64,000 nucleotides of DNA. It comes from Octopus sinensis. Its lineage: Eukaryota. A program made the translations under genes and the position numbers. Below, piece after piece: positions 39,801 to 52,556 of this stretch. How positions within the stretch are numbered: the stretch's first letter is position 1; each line of letters begins with the position of its first letter. The notes under the pieces are model-generated. The model was not told where the DNA came from. It saw only the letters and a list, made by a program, of their open reading frames with translations, and did not search any database. The stretch lies in contig NC_043007.1 of assembly GCF_006345805.1 (NCBI RefSeq), forward strand, positions 60,140,001-60,204,000. Direction: 5' to 3'.

Positions 39801-39986
39801 ATATATATATAGACTGCAGCTGTACTGAGGTACCACCTTCTTGAGGGGTTTAGTCAAATAAATCTACCTCAATACTTGGTTGTTTTTTTTAAGTCTGACA
39901 CTTATTTTGTCAGTCTCTTTTTTTTTCTATCATAATGTCATGGGGGTGTAAACAAATCAACACTGGTTGTCAAGCAGTGATGGGAA

Positions 39987-40062
<76 letters not shown>

Positions 40063-41304
40063 TATATATACATGACAAGCTTCTTTCAGTTTCTGTATGA
40101 CAAATCTATTCTCAATGTCAGCTCTGGGTTATAATAGAAGACATTTCTCCAAGGTGCCACACAGTGGAACTAAACACAAGACCACATGATTGGGAAGCCC
40201 ATACAGCCACATAGTAGTTTGGAAATTGTCAATAAAGCACATGCACTGGTTGTATTTCACTCATTCTATTCTGAATTAACTAATTAATCAGTTATTTAGT
40301 TTCTCAAAGCTTTTTTCTAACACACTGTGACCTTATCAATAACATGTCCTTTGTGTGCATTTACTCTGTGCAAGTATCCACTTGCTCTATGCTCTGTGTT
40401 ACTTTCTGAAAACATGATAGGGTAAGTTCTTTCTTTTTTTTTTTTTTTTTTTGTATTTATAAAGTAGGAACTTTGTGTGTGTGGATGTGTGCATAGTATA
40501 AAAATATATAAAAATGAAAATGTAATTCAAACATGTCACTTAAATACCCCAGCCTCACTGCAACCACCATCCAAAATAATGATTATAATGGTAATATAAA
40601 GAGCAAAAAAGACAAAAATCTGCTGCACATTACTGTAACATATTCTGTGGAAATACAAAATTACAATATTGCAATAGAAAGTAACTGACTAATCAGAAAA
40701 TTTCTTGAATCAAAGATCAAGGAGATCAGAAATCCAAAGTGGAAACAATATTAATTAATTGTAGAGCAAATATCTATAGCTTACAGATTTAATATTTTAG
40801 CAAAGGAACTTCACTTTTCCCATATCACTAATGAAGCTGCTTTATTAAAAGATCAAATCTGCAATATGCACAGATGTGTGTGTGTTTATTGATGTATCAT
40901 TTTTATATTCTCTTTCCATACTAGTATGGGTTGGAAAGGTCATCACAGTTCTAGCCAGTTCTTATTTGAAGTCACTGCTCTTGATGAGTACTACAGCTGA
41001 TATGTTTCATTTTCAGCATGACCTTTATGGCAGGATGCCCTTTCTAACAACTACTACTTTACGAACAACTTTCTAACAACAACTACTTTGTTATTATGAA
41101 GAGCACAAGCTTCCTGAACTTTTCCCTCTCTTTTTACTCTAACTAGTATGTTTTTAGAACAATCACTTCCACTACTAATTAGGTCTCCTAGGTAACAAAA
41201 GCTATCCACTGTGAAAGGAACCTCTTGGGTATAGGGAAGGAATCTATTTCATGGGTGTTTACTGCTCCTGAACATCTGCTGCATATAAAAATCTTTCTCA
41301 GCAT

Positions 41305-41635
41305 ATGGGTCAATAGTTAGTGTCGGGGGACACAATCATGAAGTAGTGAGTTTGATTCCTGAACTGGACTGTGTGTTGTGTTCTTGAGCAAGACATTTCA
41401 TTTCATGTTGCTCCAGTTCACTTAACTGTAAAAATGAGTTGCAGCATCACTGGTGCCAAGCCGTATTGGCCTTTGTCTTTCCCTTGGATAACATCGGTGA
41501 TGTGGAAAGAGGAGGCTAGTATGCATGGGCAACTGCTGGTCTTCCATGATGAACCTTGCCTGGATTTGTGCCTTGGAGGGTAATTTTCTAGGTGCAATCC
41601 CATGGTCATTCATGACCGAAGGGGTTCTTTACCCA
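41305..41635 (+). mobile_element. SINE family D
   Basis: B-box-like gagttttgattcc, CORE-like cttgagcaagacatttcatttcatgttgctccagttcac and tail cccatggtcattcatgaccgaagggg. Confidence 0.75.
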
Positions 41636-41639
41636 TTAG

Positions 41640-42030
41640 CTTATGTGTGATCTCAGTATATCTCTTGTGTATCTATAATTTACACTGGGTATCCTGTATG
41701 GAATTTCAACCTTACTCCTTTTTCTGCATATCAGACATGGCTATTTCCCTGGTGGTAGCATGTTTCTGTTTGTTTTCCTAACCAAAATTCAAGTCTCTCC
41801 TAAGTTTACTGTGAGACCTTGCTTTTCTTGATTTTACTTCCATTTCTAGAATTTCATCTCTTTCTGTATATATCTTCTATATTTTCAAGTCATCAGCATA
41901 GAGAAGTCCCCAAGGAGAGCTGGTCTAAAACTCTTAAAATCTGGAGGAATGCAATGAACAGGAGGGGGCTGAAAACTGAATCCTGGTGGTCCCTAATCTG
42001 CATATTTGTTATATTAATTGCTAACTCTCA
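41640..42030 (-). mobile_element. RTE-X-like LINE RT fragment
   Basis: The minus strand has HQDSVFSPLLFI...LYADDL, followed by a degenerate PC.ICRKGV...C..C zinc-finger-like motif. Confidence 0.7.
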
Positions 42031-42854
42031 CTTTGCTGACTGCACTTCACAAACCAATCATCTGCTGTTCATTTCCTTTGTATGAATATATGCATATGTA
42101 TCTCAATATGTATATATGCATATGTATGTGTGCATGTATTTATACTACTGAGTGTGCATGTATGTATGTATGTATGTATGCATGTGTGTATATATTTGTA
42201 CACTAGTTGGCACTTGCCCAGAGTAAGTTGAGCTGGTTCCACCACATCACGGACAGAAGCCAACCTTGCTCACCAATCACAGATGTTCAATGAGGAAATT
42301 TTCTGCTAGTTGCAATGTCAACAGTAAATATCATACACTTGCGAACTAGATATTGATTCAAGACTTGACTAGGTCATAGTAATCCACATTTTCAACTATT
42401 CACCTTGTAGTTAATACCATTCCAGAGACATTGACACAGCTGCATTGCAGCAATTTGTAAGTAAACCAACAGAAGCACTTCTTAAGTAAGAATTGTTGTT
42501 GGAAATTGATCCAACAATGCTAACAAACTTCAGATTTTAATATGAAAACAAAACTCAAAGATTCAGTGAAGGCAAAAGTAATAAAAAGTTTTCAACTGGC
42601 ATAAATTCTCTGCTCATTTGCTTATGTGCTGTAGCCATAAAGCAAACTGGTATAAATGAATGCTTGGTAGATGTAAATTTATGTGGTTACTCAGATCCCT
42701 GGACCTAGATCAAAGCTGGTTTTGAAATCAACAGGACTACAATAAAAAACATTTGCTTGAGTTACTGCACAGTGATACAAAACCTGAAACCACATAGTTG
42801 AGAAAACGAGCTTAACTGCACAGCCATGGCTGCTTGTTATTTAAAATACATGAA

Positions 42855-43090
42855 ATAGAACTGTGAAATAATGATTTCAAATTTTGGCTCGAGACCAGTA
42901 ATTTTGTGGGAGGAGTTAAGTCAACTACATTGACCCCAGTGCTCCACTGGTTTCTTATTTTATCAGCCCCAAAAGGATGAAAGGCAAAGTCAGCCTCGGT
43001 GGAAATTGAACTTAGAACATAGAGACTAACAAAAATGCTGCCAAGCATTTTGCCCAACACAGTAACTATTCTGCCAGCTCACTGATAACT
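42855..43090 (-). mobile_element. SINE family C
   Basis: Head gagctggcagaatagttact...gttctaagttcaatttcc, centre actttgcctttcatcctttt ggggctgataaaataag. Other copies are at 46850-47060, 50830-50960 and 60835-60970. Confidence 0.8.
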
Positions 43091-44041
43091 GGGAAAAAGA
43101 AAGAAGCCCCTTGTTAGTTAAAAGTCTTGTTAACATTTATCAAGGAACTATATTTTTCTGTACAACTCTATTTTTTATTTAACTAGTATATGTCAATAAA
43201 TGTTCAGCATTTATTTTTCTAGAAAATGCAAAACATTCTTTTTACTATCAACCATTAAGATTAGTGCCTCCTGACAGTATGATGTAATTTACCATGCTAA
43301 AAGAAAAATTGAATCGTATTGAGCTACCAGTCAATAAATTAACCACACCCTAGTGTTTTGGAGTGCCTGCTATACTTCTTTATGTTATAAAGTTTAAAAA
43401 AAAAAACATGTAATTAAACTCTCTGACATTGTATTAAATTATTGCCAAAATCTGTATTCAGATAAAAATCTTTGATTGATTACTGCATGAGAGGAAGTGT
43501 ATTATTTTACCCAATAACATTTCATTCACTGCTGAAATGTCTTTATTTTTTTATGATTAAAAATAGGTTATTAAGTGATATATTTGGGTCCTATTTCAAC
43601 TAATGGGCTTCAATGCAGTTTGGAATAACTCTGTTCTATGTATTCTAAAACATTTCATATCCTAGATTTTTTCTTTTTTTTTGTGTGTGTGTGTTTACCA
43701 ATAAATTCCATCCATATTTACTTGTTTCTCTCATGCCTTTCACAGTTTTCGGTTGATTTTAGGTTGGATGCTATGGATATGTCTATTTTGTTCTTTAAAT
43801 TCAGTGTGCCAACTTGTATTGAGTCAAAATTTAAGCTTACCCTTAAGGTAATCACAATCTTTTCTTAAATAACCACTTATTAATTTATGGTGTCTAGCAA
43901 TTGTTGTCACAGAGTGCACTGTTATGCTGAAAAATCTACTGCTTTGATATAAAGTTTGCTCAAAATTAAATATACAAGCTTAAGGCTGTTTCTGTACATA
44001 TGACTTCAAACTAACTTTTTTTCTTTCTTTTCTTTTTGTAG

Positions 44042-44125
44042 TGTGTGTCATTTAATTTGAAAACAAATTATGACCAAATTCTATCATATAAAAGCAGAAT
44101 TATTATAGAAAATTTACCATCTTTG
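44042..44125 (+). CDS. Candidate exon, 84 nt, open only in phase 0 (CVSFNLKTNYDQILSYKSRIIIENLPSL)
   Basis: Textbook signals: CTAAC branch point at 44011, long polypyrimidine tract, tttttgtag| and donor tttg|gtgagt. The product is not recognised. Confidence 0.5.
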
Positions 44126-44562
44126 GTGAGTGAGCAGCACTCAGAATACACACCTCAAAGTTTAACATCCAAATACATAAATAGCTCTAAATGTACTCTT
44201 CTATTGTTGATTTATTTATTTGGGTAACCTTTTTGTGCCAAATGTTAGCATTATATTGTATTTTTAATGAGACACCCATTTTATAATTTTACTGCAAGAA
44301 TTCCATTGACTATAAAACAGGAATCATCAGTAAAGTTGTTCACGTGACTGTTAGACAATATTTTCTTACCATTCATTTATTTCAAATGATCATTTAACCC
44401 CTTGCCTCCAGTTAGGGCTTGTCCAAACAAATAAAATTCATTGGAGCACATGAAATGCACATGAATGCAATTGTTCATTGCAGCTAGTTTCTCAGCAAAG
44501 AATTCATTTGACCTTTTCCTGAAGACTAGCTGGTGAGAGCATCTGTACTGATCACTTAGTAT

Positions 44563-44616
<54 letters not shown>

Positions 44617-44618
<2 letters not shown>

Positions 44619-44990
44619 GGGTGCAAGAGGTATTTCAGAACATATTTGGTAGTTTAATAAAACAACTCTAATCTAGCTAAAACCAAATGTATTTTGATAA
44701 TAATTTGTGTATATGTTCTTGATAAGCTCATTGACTGCTTCAATGCCTGACCAAATCATTGATATGCCTGCACTAAGTGGTCCTTATTCATTTCTGACAT
44801 CACTTGGGCAATGGTAACCTCCACTGAAGCTATGATATTAGGAGAATGTCAGCTAGTCTCCCTTTCAGCAATGCTCCCAATATAGTTAGCCAGGAACTAA
44901 TTGAACTTCTTGTTAGCAATTGATCGAATCGGTCACAAAGACTGGGAAAAAGTGGAGCAGTCTTGGTGAACACACTTCTTCTTGGCTGAA
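44617..44990 (-). mobile_element. Tc1/mariner (maT/DD37D-like) 3' relic
   Basis: Begins with a cagggtg terminus next to (TA)n. The minus strand carries degenerate SPD.NP..Y.W...ER.T, AQVMSEMNKDHLV.A...F...IEAV. Confidence 0.55.
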
Positions 44991-45459
44991 ATCTTATAAA
45001 CTAATACAAATGTTACAATAATACTGTAAAGAATGAACCTTAAGTAACTAATCATTCCCTGTGGATATTTTCTGACTCTTCAGAAAAATATGGTTGAAAA
45101 TGCAATTCTCTCTTTTCTTAGATGTTTCAAAAATAGTACAGGTTGATTTGAAAAGCTGCACTATGAGTTGTATACCAAGAGAAAAAAAAAGTTGTACCAT
45201 TAATTTTTCTCCTCGGTGTCTTCTCCACTTTTCTCATGACATTTTACAGTTGAGTTACTTTACTTCGAAATATGCTCTTGAGATAACAAATTATTCACAA
45301 AGCATATTTAGTATATCAACTGAAATCTTAAGTTGTAGAAGTTTCACTTAACTTTATAGAACACTAGAAACTTCCCATACAATAAATTCTTCCCTCTCCA
45401 CACTACCAATGTATTTTAAGAGATAGACAATGGCTGATACAGCTTGGCATCAGTGTTGT

Positions 45460-46195
45460 CACACATGAACTTGGAATGTAAAGGATGAAGGGCAACATTA
45501 ACTCAGAATGTAAAGATCCTCAAATGTTGCAAGGCATTTTGGCCAAAACTCAGAGGATTCTGCTAATTTACATTTCTGGGTTTGGTACTTTGTTTTATCA
45601 ACTTCAGAAGGATGTAGGGCAAAGTTAACTCAGGGATTTGCACTCAATTTGAAGAGCCAGAATGAATAGAGCAAGACATTTTGTTCAATGCTCTAATAAT
45701 TCAACTGATCCACCATCTTGTCACTTCCCCATCCTAAGAATAATAATAATAATTTCAAATTTTGGCACAAGGCCAGCACGTTTGGGGGAGGGTGTAAGTC
45801 TAGTAAATCAAACCCAGTGCTCAACTGGTACTTATTTTATCAAACCTGAAAGGATGAATGGCAAAGTCAACCTTGATGGAATCTGAACTCAAAAGACGGA
45901 TGAAATGCCACTAAATATTTTACTTGGTCTGCTAATGATTCTGCCAGCTCACAGCCTTAATAATAATATTAATAATCTTTTCTACTCTAGGCACAAGGCC
46001 CAAAACTTTTGGGATGGGGGTCAGTCGATTAGATTGATGCCAGTACACAACTGGTACTTAATTTATCGACCCCGAAAGGATGAAAGGCAAAGTCAACCTC
46101 AGCGAAATTTGAACTTAGAACATAAAGACAGATGAAATACCACTTAGCATTTTGCCTAGTATGCTAACATTTCTGCCAGCTCACCACCTTATTAA
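45460..46195 (-). mobile_element. Head-to-tail array of four SINE family C copies
   Basis: aaaggatgaa(a/t)ggcaaagtcaacct recurs at about 45480, 45610, 45850 and 46075. The two best-preserved copies are joined by (aat)n tails. Confidence 0.8.
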
Positions 46196-47140
46196 TAATA
46201 ATAATGATGATGATCTCTAATATAAGAACATAACTGGAAATGATTTGGGATCGGGGCAGAGTATGGCCAAACATCTCAATCCTAGTATTTCACTAATATC
46301 TTACTGACTGTGGATGAACAAACAGCAATGACAGCTCCCAGGTGAGATTTTAATTCAGAACAGAAGGAACTTGAATAAATCCCATAAGGCATTTTATTCA
46401 TAACTCTACCAACTGTGGTGTAATCCACTACCTTCATATACCATGATAGAAATCTAGTAAAATTTGGCATTGTATGTAGCAAGTGTCAGTGATAATTTGT
46501 TAACTTCCAATAATTCACAATTTGACCATTGTGAATGAAACAGCTGGGTTATGTGCTTGACTAGTTGTTTTTAATGAGGTTACATTTTCTTTTCCCCAAA
46601 CAACGTTTTTTTTTTTAAATTAACATCATTTTTCACAGTCTACTGGATTGTGTTTTGTTTATTGTAGAATGTTATTTTGAATACATATCAATAAGATTAA
46701 CTCTATAATTATTCCTGAAATATATAAAAGAATATTCTAGTAGAAAATATTTTTTTATAAATCATATCAGTTTTCTTAACATAGATGATGAGCATAAGAA
46801 CTAAGTTATAGGACTTTAGAAAATAATTATTACTATAACAATTCTTTCTACAATAGATACAAGACCTGAAATTTTGGGGGAAGTGGAGCTAGTCAATTAC
46901 ATCAACCTCAGTACCTGACAGGTACTTATTTTATCAACCTCAAAAGGATGAAAGGCAAAGTAGACCTCAACAGAATTTGAACTCAGAACATAAAGACAGA
47001 TGAAATACCACTAAGCATTTTGTCCAGCATGCTAACAATTTTGCCTGCTTGCCACCCTAATTATTGCTATTATAATATGTAGAAGAAAATTTATAAATGC
47101 AACAGTTTTAATAATACTGAGGAAATTTAACTTGTTTCTC

Positions 47141-47354
47141 TACTTTAGTATTTAAACTGGCCATATTCAGCCAAAATATTCTAGCTGTTTTATGTTCAAA
47201 CTTGCAAGTTCTGGCCTCTTGCACCTGCCCTATAATATCATTCTAAAAATACACACTATTTGAATCTCAAAACTACATGATGATACATGATTAATTCAAA
47301 ACAATTTGAATAAATAAACATAACATTTGATAAAGTAATCTAAATGCTAAAGGG
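47141..47354. mobile_element. piggyBac-type MITE family P1
   Basis: ctttagtatttaaactggcc ... aaatgctaaaggg|ttga. A partial copy is at 51380-51478, and another is at 52815-52970. Confidence 0.7.
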
Positions 47355-48783
47355 TTGAGTGGAATTTGCTTTGATATAAGATTTTTTTTTTTATCTTCTG
47401 TATATTTTTTCTGTTCCCATTCCCCTTGATAGGTAAGACTGCAGTGTCTTGATAGCTAGTGATGTTGTGCCAAATAGTGAAGCCCATGTTAAATTTCTAG
47501 TATGATCTATTGAAAACTAATTAAGGTGGGTTACTTTTTCAAAGAAAATATTTCAATGATGGTGTTAAAGAGCTGGGAATTTAAAGCAAGGTTCATTGAG
47601 GTTCTATCTAACAGATTTGGGCTGTTGTCAAATAAACAATTTATTTACAAAATACCAATGTTTGAAAGGGAATTGATTTTTAGAGAACTCAAGGAATTCT
47701 TTGAATGATAGCTTGTCAGTTCATCAATGGAAATTGAATATTCAAAGGAAATCATCAATGCAGAAAAAACAAATAGAATGTATGCCATAGAACTTTTAGA
47801 TTAGAATTCTCGAGAATAATAATTATTATTTGAAGCAATCCTGAGATGACTAGTTCAATTGTTTTGATGAAATCTATGTCAATTTGAATCCCAATTGCTG
47901 ACAAGAACTAGATATACTTAATGCAAGAATCACAAACATTTTTATAAATATTTGTGTTTTTGATGCAATTCATATTTAGAAGAAATTATCAAGAAAATAT
48001 TTTGATATTGATTTTGTAACTAGGAAGCTTATCAGAAAACCTCTGTTTGAGATAAAAGCAGTATACAAACCAAAATGTATTGCCTATAGCTACTTTATTG
48101 TGGCTGTCATCTAAGAGCTGACAATACTGTCAGTTAACCCTAAGAAGACCTCTCCTCCAGCTAGTTCATTCAGTGCATTTTGTCCCACCCAATATGTATT
48201 GCAAGTGAGAGATAACTCCTGCCACCCTAGCTTCAAGACCTCCAGACCATGTGGTTTCGATCTGCATCAGACCTCCTCAGTGGTGGGTACTCATTGCCAG
48301 GCATGGCAGCCATTTACCTCGCTTGTAACATATAGAAAACAGTGTCATACAGTCACTGATTTTGTAACTAGGAAGCTAGTCTGTTAGAAAATCTCTGTTC
48401 AAGATAGAAACAGTATATGAAGCAAAAAGTATTGCTTATGGCCACTTTTAATATTCTTTTTACTAAAACAATAATTTGCTGAAACATGACAGCAAGGTAA
48501 TAGTGACATAGGACAGTGAATTGTCTTCTCTTGAGTGTATATGCGCGTGTGTGTGTGTGTATATATATAAGGCAAAACAAAAACAGGAAAAACAACAAAA
48601 GTGAAAAGGCCATACACAGTGAAGATTGATGCTCAGAGAAAGTTTAATATGGAAAAATGATGGAGTGTGACATTTCAAGCATGGCTGTTCATTAGATAGA
48701 GAAATGAAGAAAAGGGATAGAAGGAAAAAGAAAATAATCTGAGAAAAGCATGTCATTACATGGTTCTCTCTCTCTCTCTCACT

Positions 48784-48853
<70 letters not shown>

Positions 48854-50229
48854 AATCCAAACAAAGAACAACAAACACAAAAAGCAATAACGCCAGGATG
48901 TGGTACATGTAAAGTATTAGCAGACGCTCAGGGAAAGAGAGAAAAATGGTTTAATGTTTCAAGCAACGCACTTCTTCAGAAAGATAGGAAGAAAATTGCT
49001 AACGATTAACATGTGGCACAAGTCTGGGCAAGGTTGTTTGTGAAGACCAGCAATTGCTCGTGCATACCAGTCTCCCCTCTCCATATCACTGATGTTGTCC
49101 AAGGGAAAGACAAAGGCTGATGCAGTTCAAGAATGCAGCATATACCCCAGTCTGGGAATCGAACTCACAATCTTGCAATTGTAAGCCCAGTACTATAACC
49201 ACTGAGCCATGTGCCTTCCACACACACACATATATATACAGGATAACTTTTAACCTCCCCCTTTACATAACCTACCTTATCACCTTTACAAATTTATCCC
49301 TCCATTTTTTTTTCAACCTTGACATCAATCCCTTTTCTTTCTGCTCTTCTCTTCTGTAGCTTCCCCTCTTTCTTATCTTTCCCTCCTCTGTCTATCAGAG
49401 ACCATTTATTGTCCATTTTCCTGTTCTCTCTCTGTTAAATGAGATCTCTTTAGAGCCTTAGCCTTGCAACTTACAAAGCACTCATCACTTGTACTGGAGC
49501 CATGAAGACAATGCCCAGTATGCTCTATAAAGGGATTTATATTGTGAAGAGCGCCCAGATGTAGAAACCATGACAAAGTAGACATTGGAGCATGATGTAG
49601 TCCTCCAACTCATCAGACCCTGTCAAACTGTCCAAGCTATATCAACATAGTAGCCTAATGTTAAATAATTTTATATCTATGCCAACATATTGTATTCAAG
49701 AAGACCTGTCCACCACAACAAAATTGATACCAGTGCTGGTACTACTTAAAAAGGCATTTGTGCTGGTGTCACATTAAAAGTACTGGCAACCAGTCATAGA
49801 AACCATGGCAGTGGAGCCTGGTATGGTTTCTAGCCTTACCAGCTCCAGTCAAACTGTCTAACCCATGCCATCATGGAAAACAGATGTTAAGTGATGATGA
49901 TATATATGTAGATGGTTAATTTCATAGGACTAAATTGTCAAAAACATTTCCTTGTCTTAGACAGTGTAATTGCAATTTTTTTTTAAAAACCACTAAAAGT
50001 TTGTAATTACTTTTTGTCTTTTGTAAAAATCCTACTAGTGGTAACTGTTAATTTTCATCATTAATTGTGGAAAAGTTGCTGAAATGAGATATATTGTGCT
50101 ATTGTTATTGCAGGAATGAAATATCCTTTATCTAAATGTCTATTGATTAGGTAGGTTTTTGTTTGGTTTTTTTCTTAGCTATATTATGTCTAAATTAACT
50201 TCAGGTTTTTTTTTCTTTTATGTAACTAG

Positions 50230-50279
50230 TTGGTTGTTCAATATAACCTGCATAACAGGTTTTCCCATCTTCACTAGGG
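50230..50279 (+). CDS. Candidate exon, 50 nt (phase 2-1, WLFNITCITGFPIFTR)
   Basis: Acceptor tttttttcttttatgtaactag| and a weaker donor ggg|gtagga. Confidence 0.3.
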
Positions 50280-52488
50280 GTAGGAAAATAGCTGTTCCCT
50301 TCCATCTCATGCATACGCATTAGTACATGCATACATGTGTGTTTGGATGGGGGTGTACACTCCCCTCATAAATACACACTCCATAGATACATATTAAACC
50401 TTTTTCTATTTATCAATTCATATCCAACTATTTTATAGCATAATCTGTTTTTCATAGCAACATGTTAATCTGTTCAGAGTTTGTGTACAACTGCTTCTGT
50501 TTTTTTGTTTTCTAATATAGTAAATCATGTGAAATCATTGATTTTATTTAATTTGAATTAATATCACTGATCTCAGTGTTCTTTTATGTTCTATTTTCAA
50601 TTGACACATTGTTTTAATTGCTGCAATATCTGCCTGCTTCAGCGTTCACACAATTGTCTCCAATAGAAGCAGTATTTCATTCATATATCTTCTATAGCTT
50701 TATAATATAACAATTTCCACCCCCGTCTCCTTTCCCACTGTGAGTTCTTTATATGGTCAAAATTTTTAGAACAACTGACATGTAATTTGATATGGAAGCT
50801 TTGAGACAAGACACCTGCTCTTGACTTTTAATATCGATTTATTTTGGCACAAGGCTACACATTTGTAAGAAAGGAAGTATAATAGACTGCTCTAAATGCA
50901 TGATATTGATTTTGACCCTGGAATGACAAAAGGTAAAGTTGAAATTATCTGAACTTAAAACAGGAGTTAACCAAAATTGTTCAGTATACTCTATACAAAA
51001 GATTGAAAAAACTTTTGTTTGCACCATTTATGGTTTATCAGTCTTTTAGCAATAGATTTAAAAAAAAACTGTCAAAGATTTTCTGATGGTTCTGTAGAAG
51101 TGTTAGTGAAAACAGAAATGTTAAGTTTCGTGGTTGATGGAGGAAAGAAAAGTTTATGAAATTAATGCTTTTCTTGAAAGTATGTGTAAATTTTAGTAAA
51201 AGATGTATGAAAAGGTTGACGCTGATACATACATCAAGCCTGATGTGTATGACATGACAGTAAACAAAGGAAAAAGCTAAAAAAGAAACCTTGCAATTCA
51301 GATTAAATTGTTTTGAATTAATCAGGCATTATCTTGTACTTTCAAGATTTTGATGATATGATTGTATATATTTTTAATAACATTGTACCATAGGTGCAAG
51401 AGACCCAATTAGGTTGTTTTGAACATAAAACAGAATATTTTGGCTGGATTTGGCCAGTTTAAATACTAAAGAGTTAAAAGAAGAATTTGAGAAAGGTCTC
51501 TTAGTATCCTTTGTGTGAGGACATACAATTTTGAGATATGGTATAGTAGTGTATTTACTCAAACATTTTGGTGCATTTTTCTGAATTTGATGCAGTTAAT
51601 ATAGAAACAAAAATATTGGTATTAAAGTAATGGTATGGATATGTAATATAAAGGGATGAGTATGCTAGAAAAAATATATAAATTTGAAGAAAACTGCAGA
51701 TGAAGTCAATTGGTGTTTAGCAAATATGACTTGTAATAGGATACATAATTGGGATGCCATAACTTATGCCAGCATAGATAATGATCTTTAAACGGATATT
51801 AGCAAATGATAGATTTATTGGAAAAATGATCTAAATACACTTCTTGTTGAAGTTGTAGTCAGAGATTTGCATGATTTTCAGTTTGCATAAGAAGTTCAAT
51901 AATAGGATATTGTTAAACTTCTTCATTCTTAGGTCTAGAGTTAAAATCCTGCAACAAAATTATATAAGCTATCATCATTGTTTTAATGTCCATTTTTCAA
52001 TGCCTACATGGGTAGGATGGAATTTGTCAAGGCAGATTTTCTATGGCAAGGTGCCCTTCCCTCAATCTGTCGCCAACACTCATCTGTTTCCAAATAAGGT
52101 CATATTTCCCCTTTATTGAACATGGAGATTAGAAATGAATGACACACCTTGGAAAAATGATGCGTACTTACTACTATCATGCAATGTCAGGTGATGAGAC
52201 ACAAGCATACATGCAAACGCATATACATATATACACATACAATAAGCATTTTTCAGTTTCCATCTAGTAAATCCACCAAGGTTTTGGTCAACCTAGGACT
52301 ATAGTCTACTATATCCAGACTATCACAACATAGAACTGAACCAGAAACCATGTGGTTAAAAAGTAAACTTCTTTAACTACACTGCCATTCCTGTACATGT
52401 AACATATATTTGCCATTTTACAACTGAATGGTTTAGATTAAGAGTTTGCAGCTGCTTCATAACACCTGCTCCTATTCCTTCTTTTTAG

Positions 52489-52556
52489 CTGTCCAAATTT
52501 GTGAAATCCATCCAAATGTAAAGGAATACATGATAAAAGAGAATGATTATCAACAG
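52489..52556 (+). CDS. Candidate exon, 68 nt (phase 1-0, xVQICEIHPNVKEYMIKENDYQQ)
   Basis: Acceptor ctcctattccttctttttag| and donor caacag|gtatta, with an open, protein-like frame. Confidence 0.5.

Noticed and set aside
40548-40626. Minus-strand candidate exon with a hydrophobic stretch (QQIFVFFALYITIIIIILDGGCSEAG)
   Set aside because: It is isolated, has no partner exons, and AT-rich DNA readily yields such stretches.
44042-44125. Faint resemblance of CVSF...RIIIENLPSL to the plexin post-PSI segment
   Set aside because: The match is too short and weak, and no sema, PSI or IPT exon was found nearby, so no gene symbol is assigned.
48850-48990. Possible Penelope-like terminal repeat fragment
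   Set aside because: This is only a vague recollection of similarity, with no GIY-YIG or RT relic to support it.
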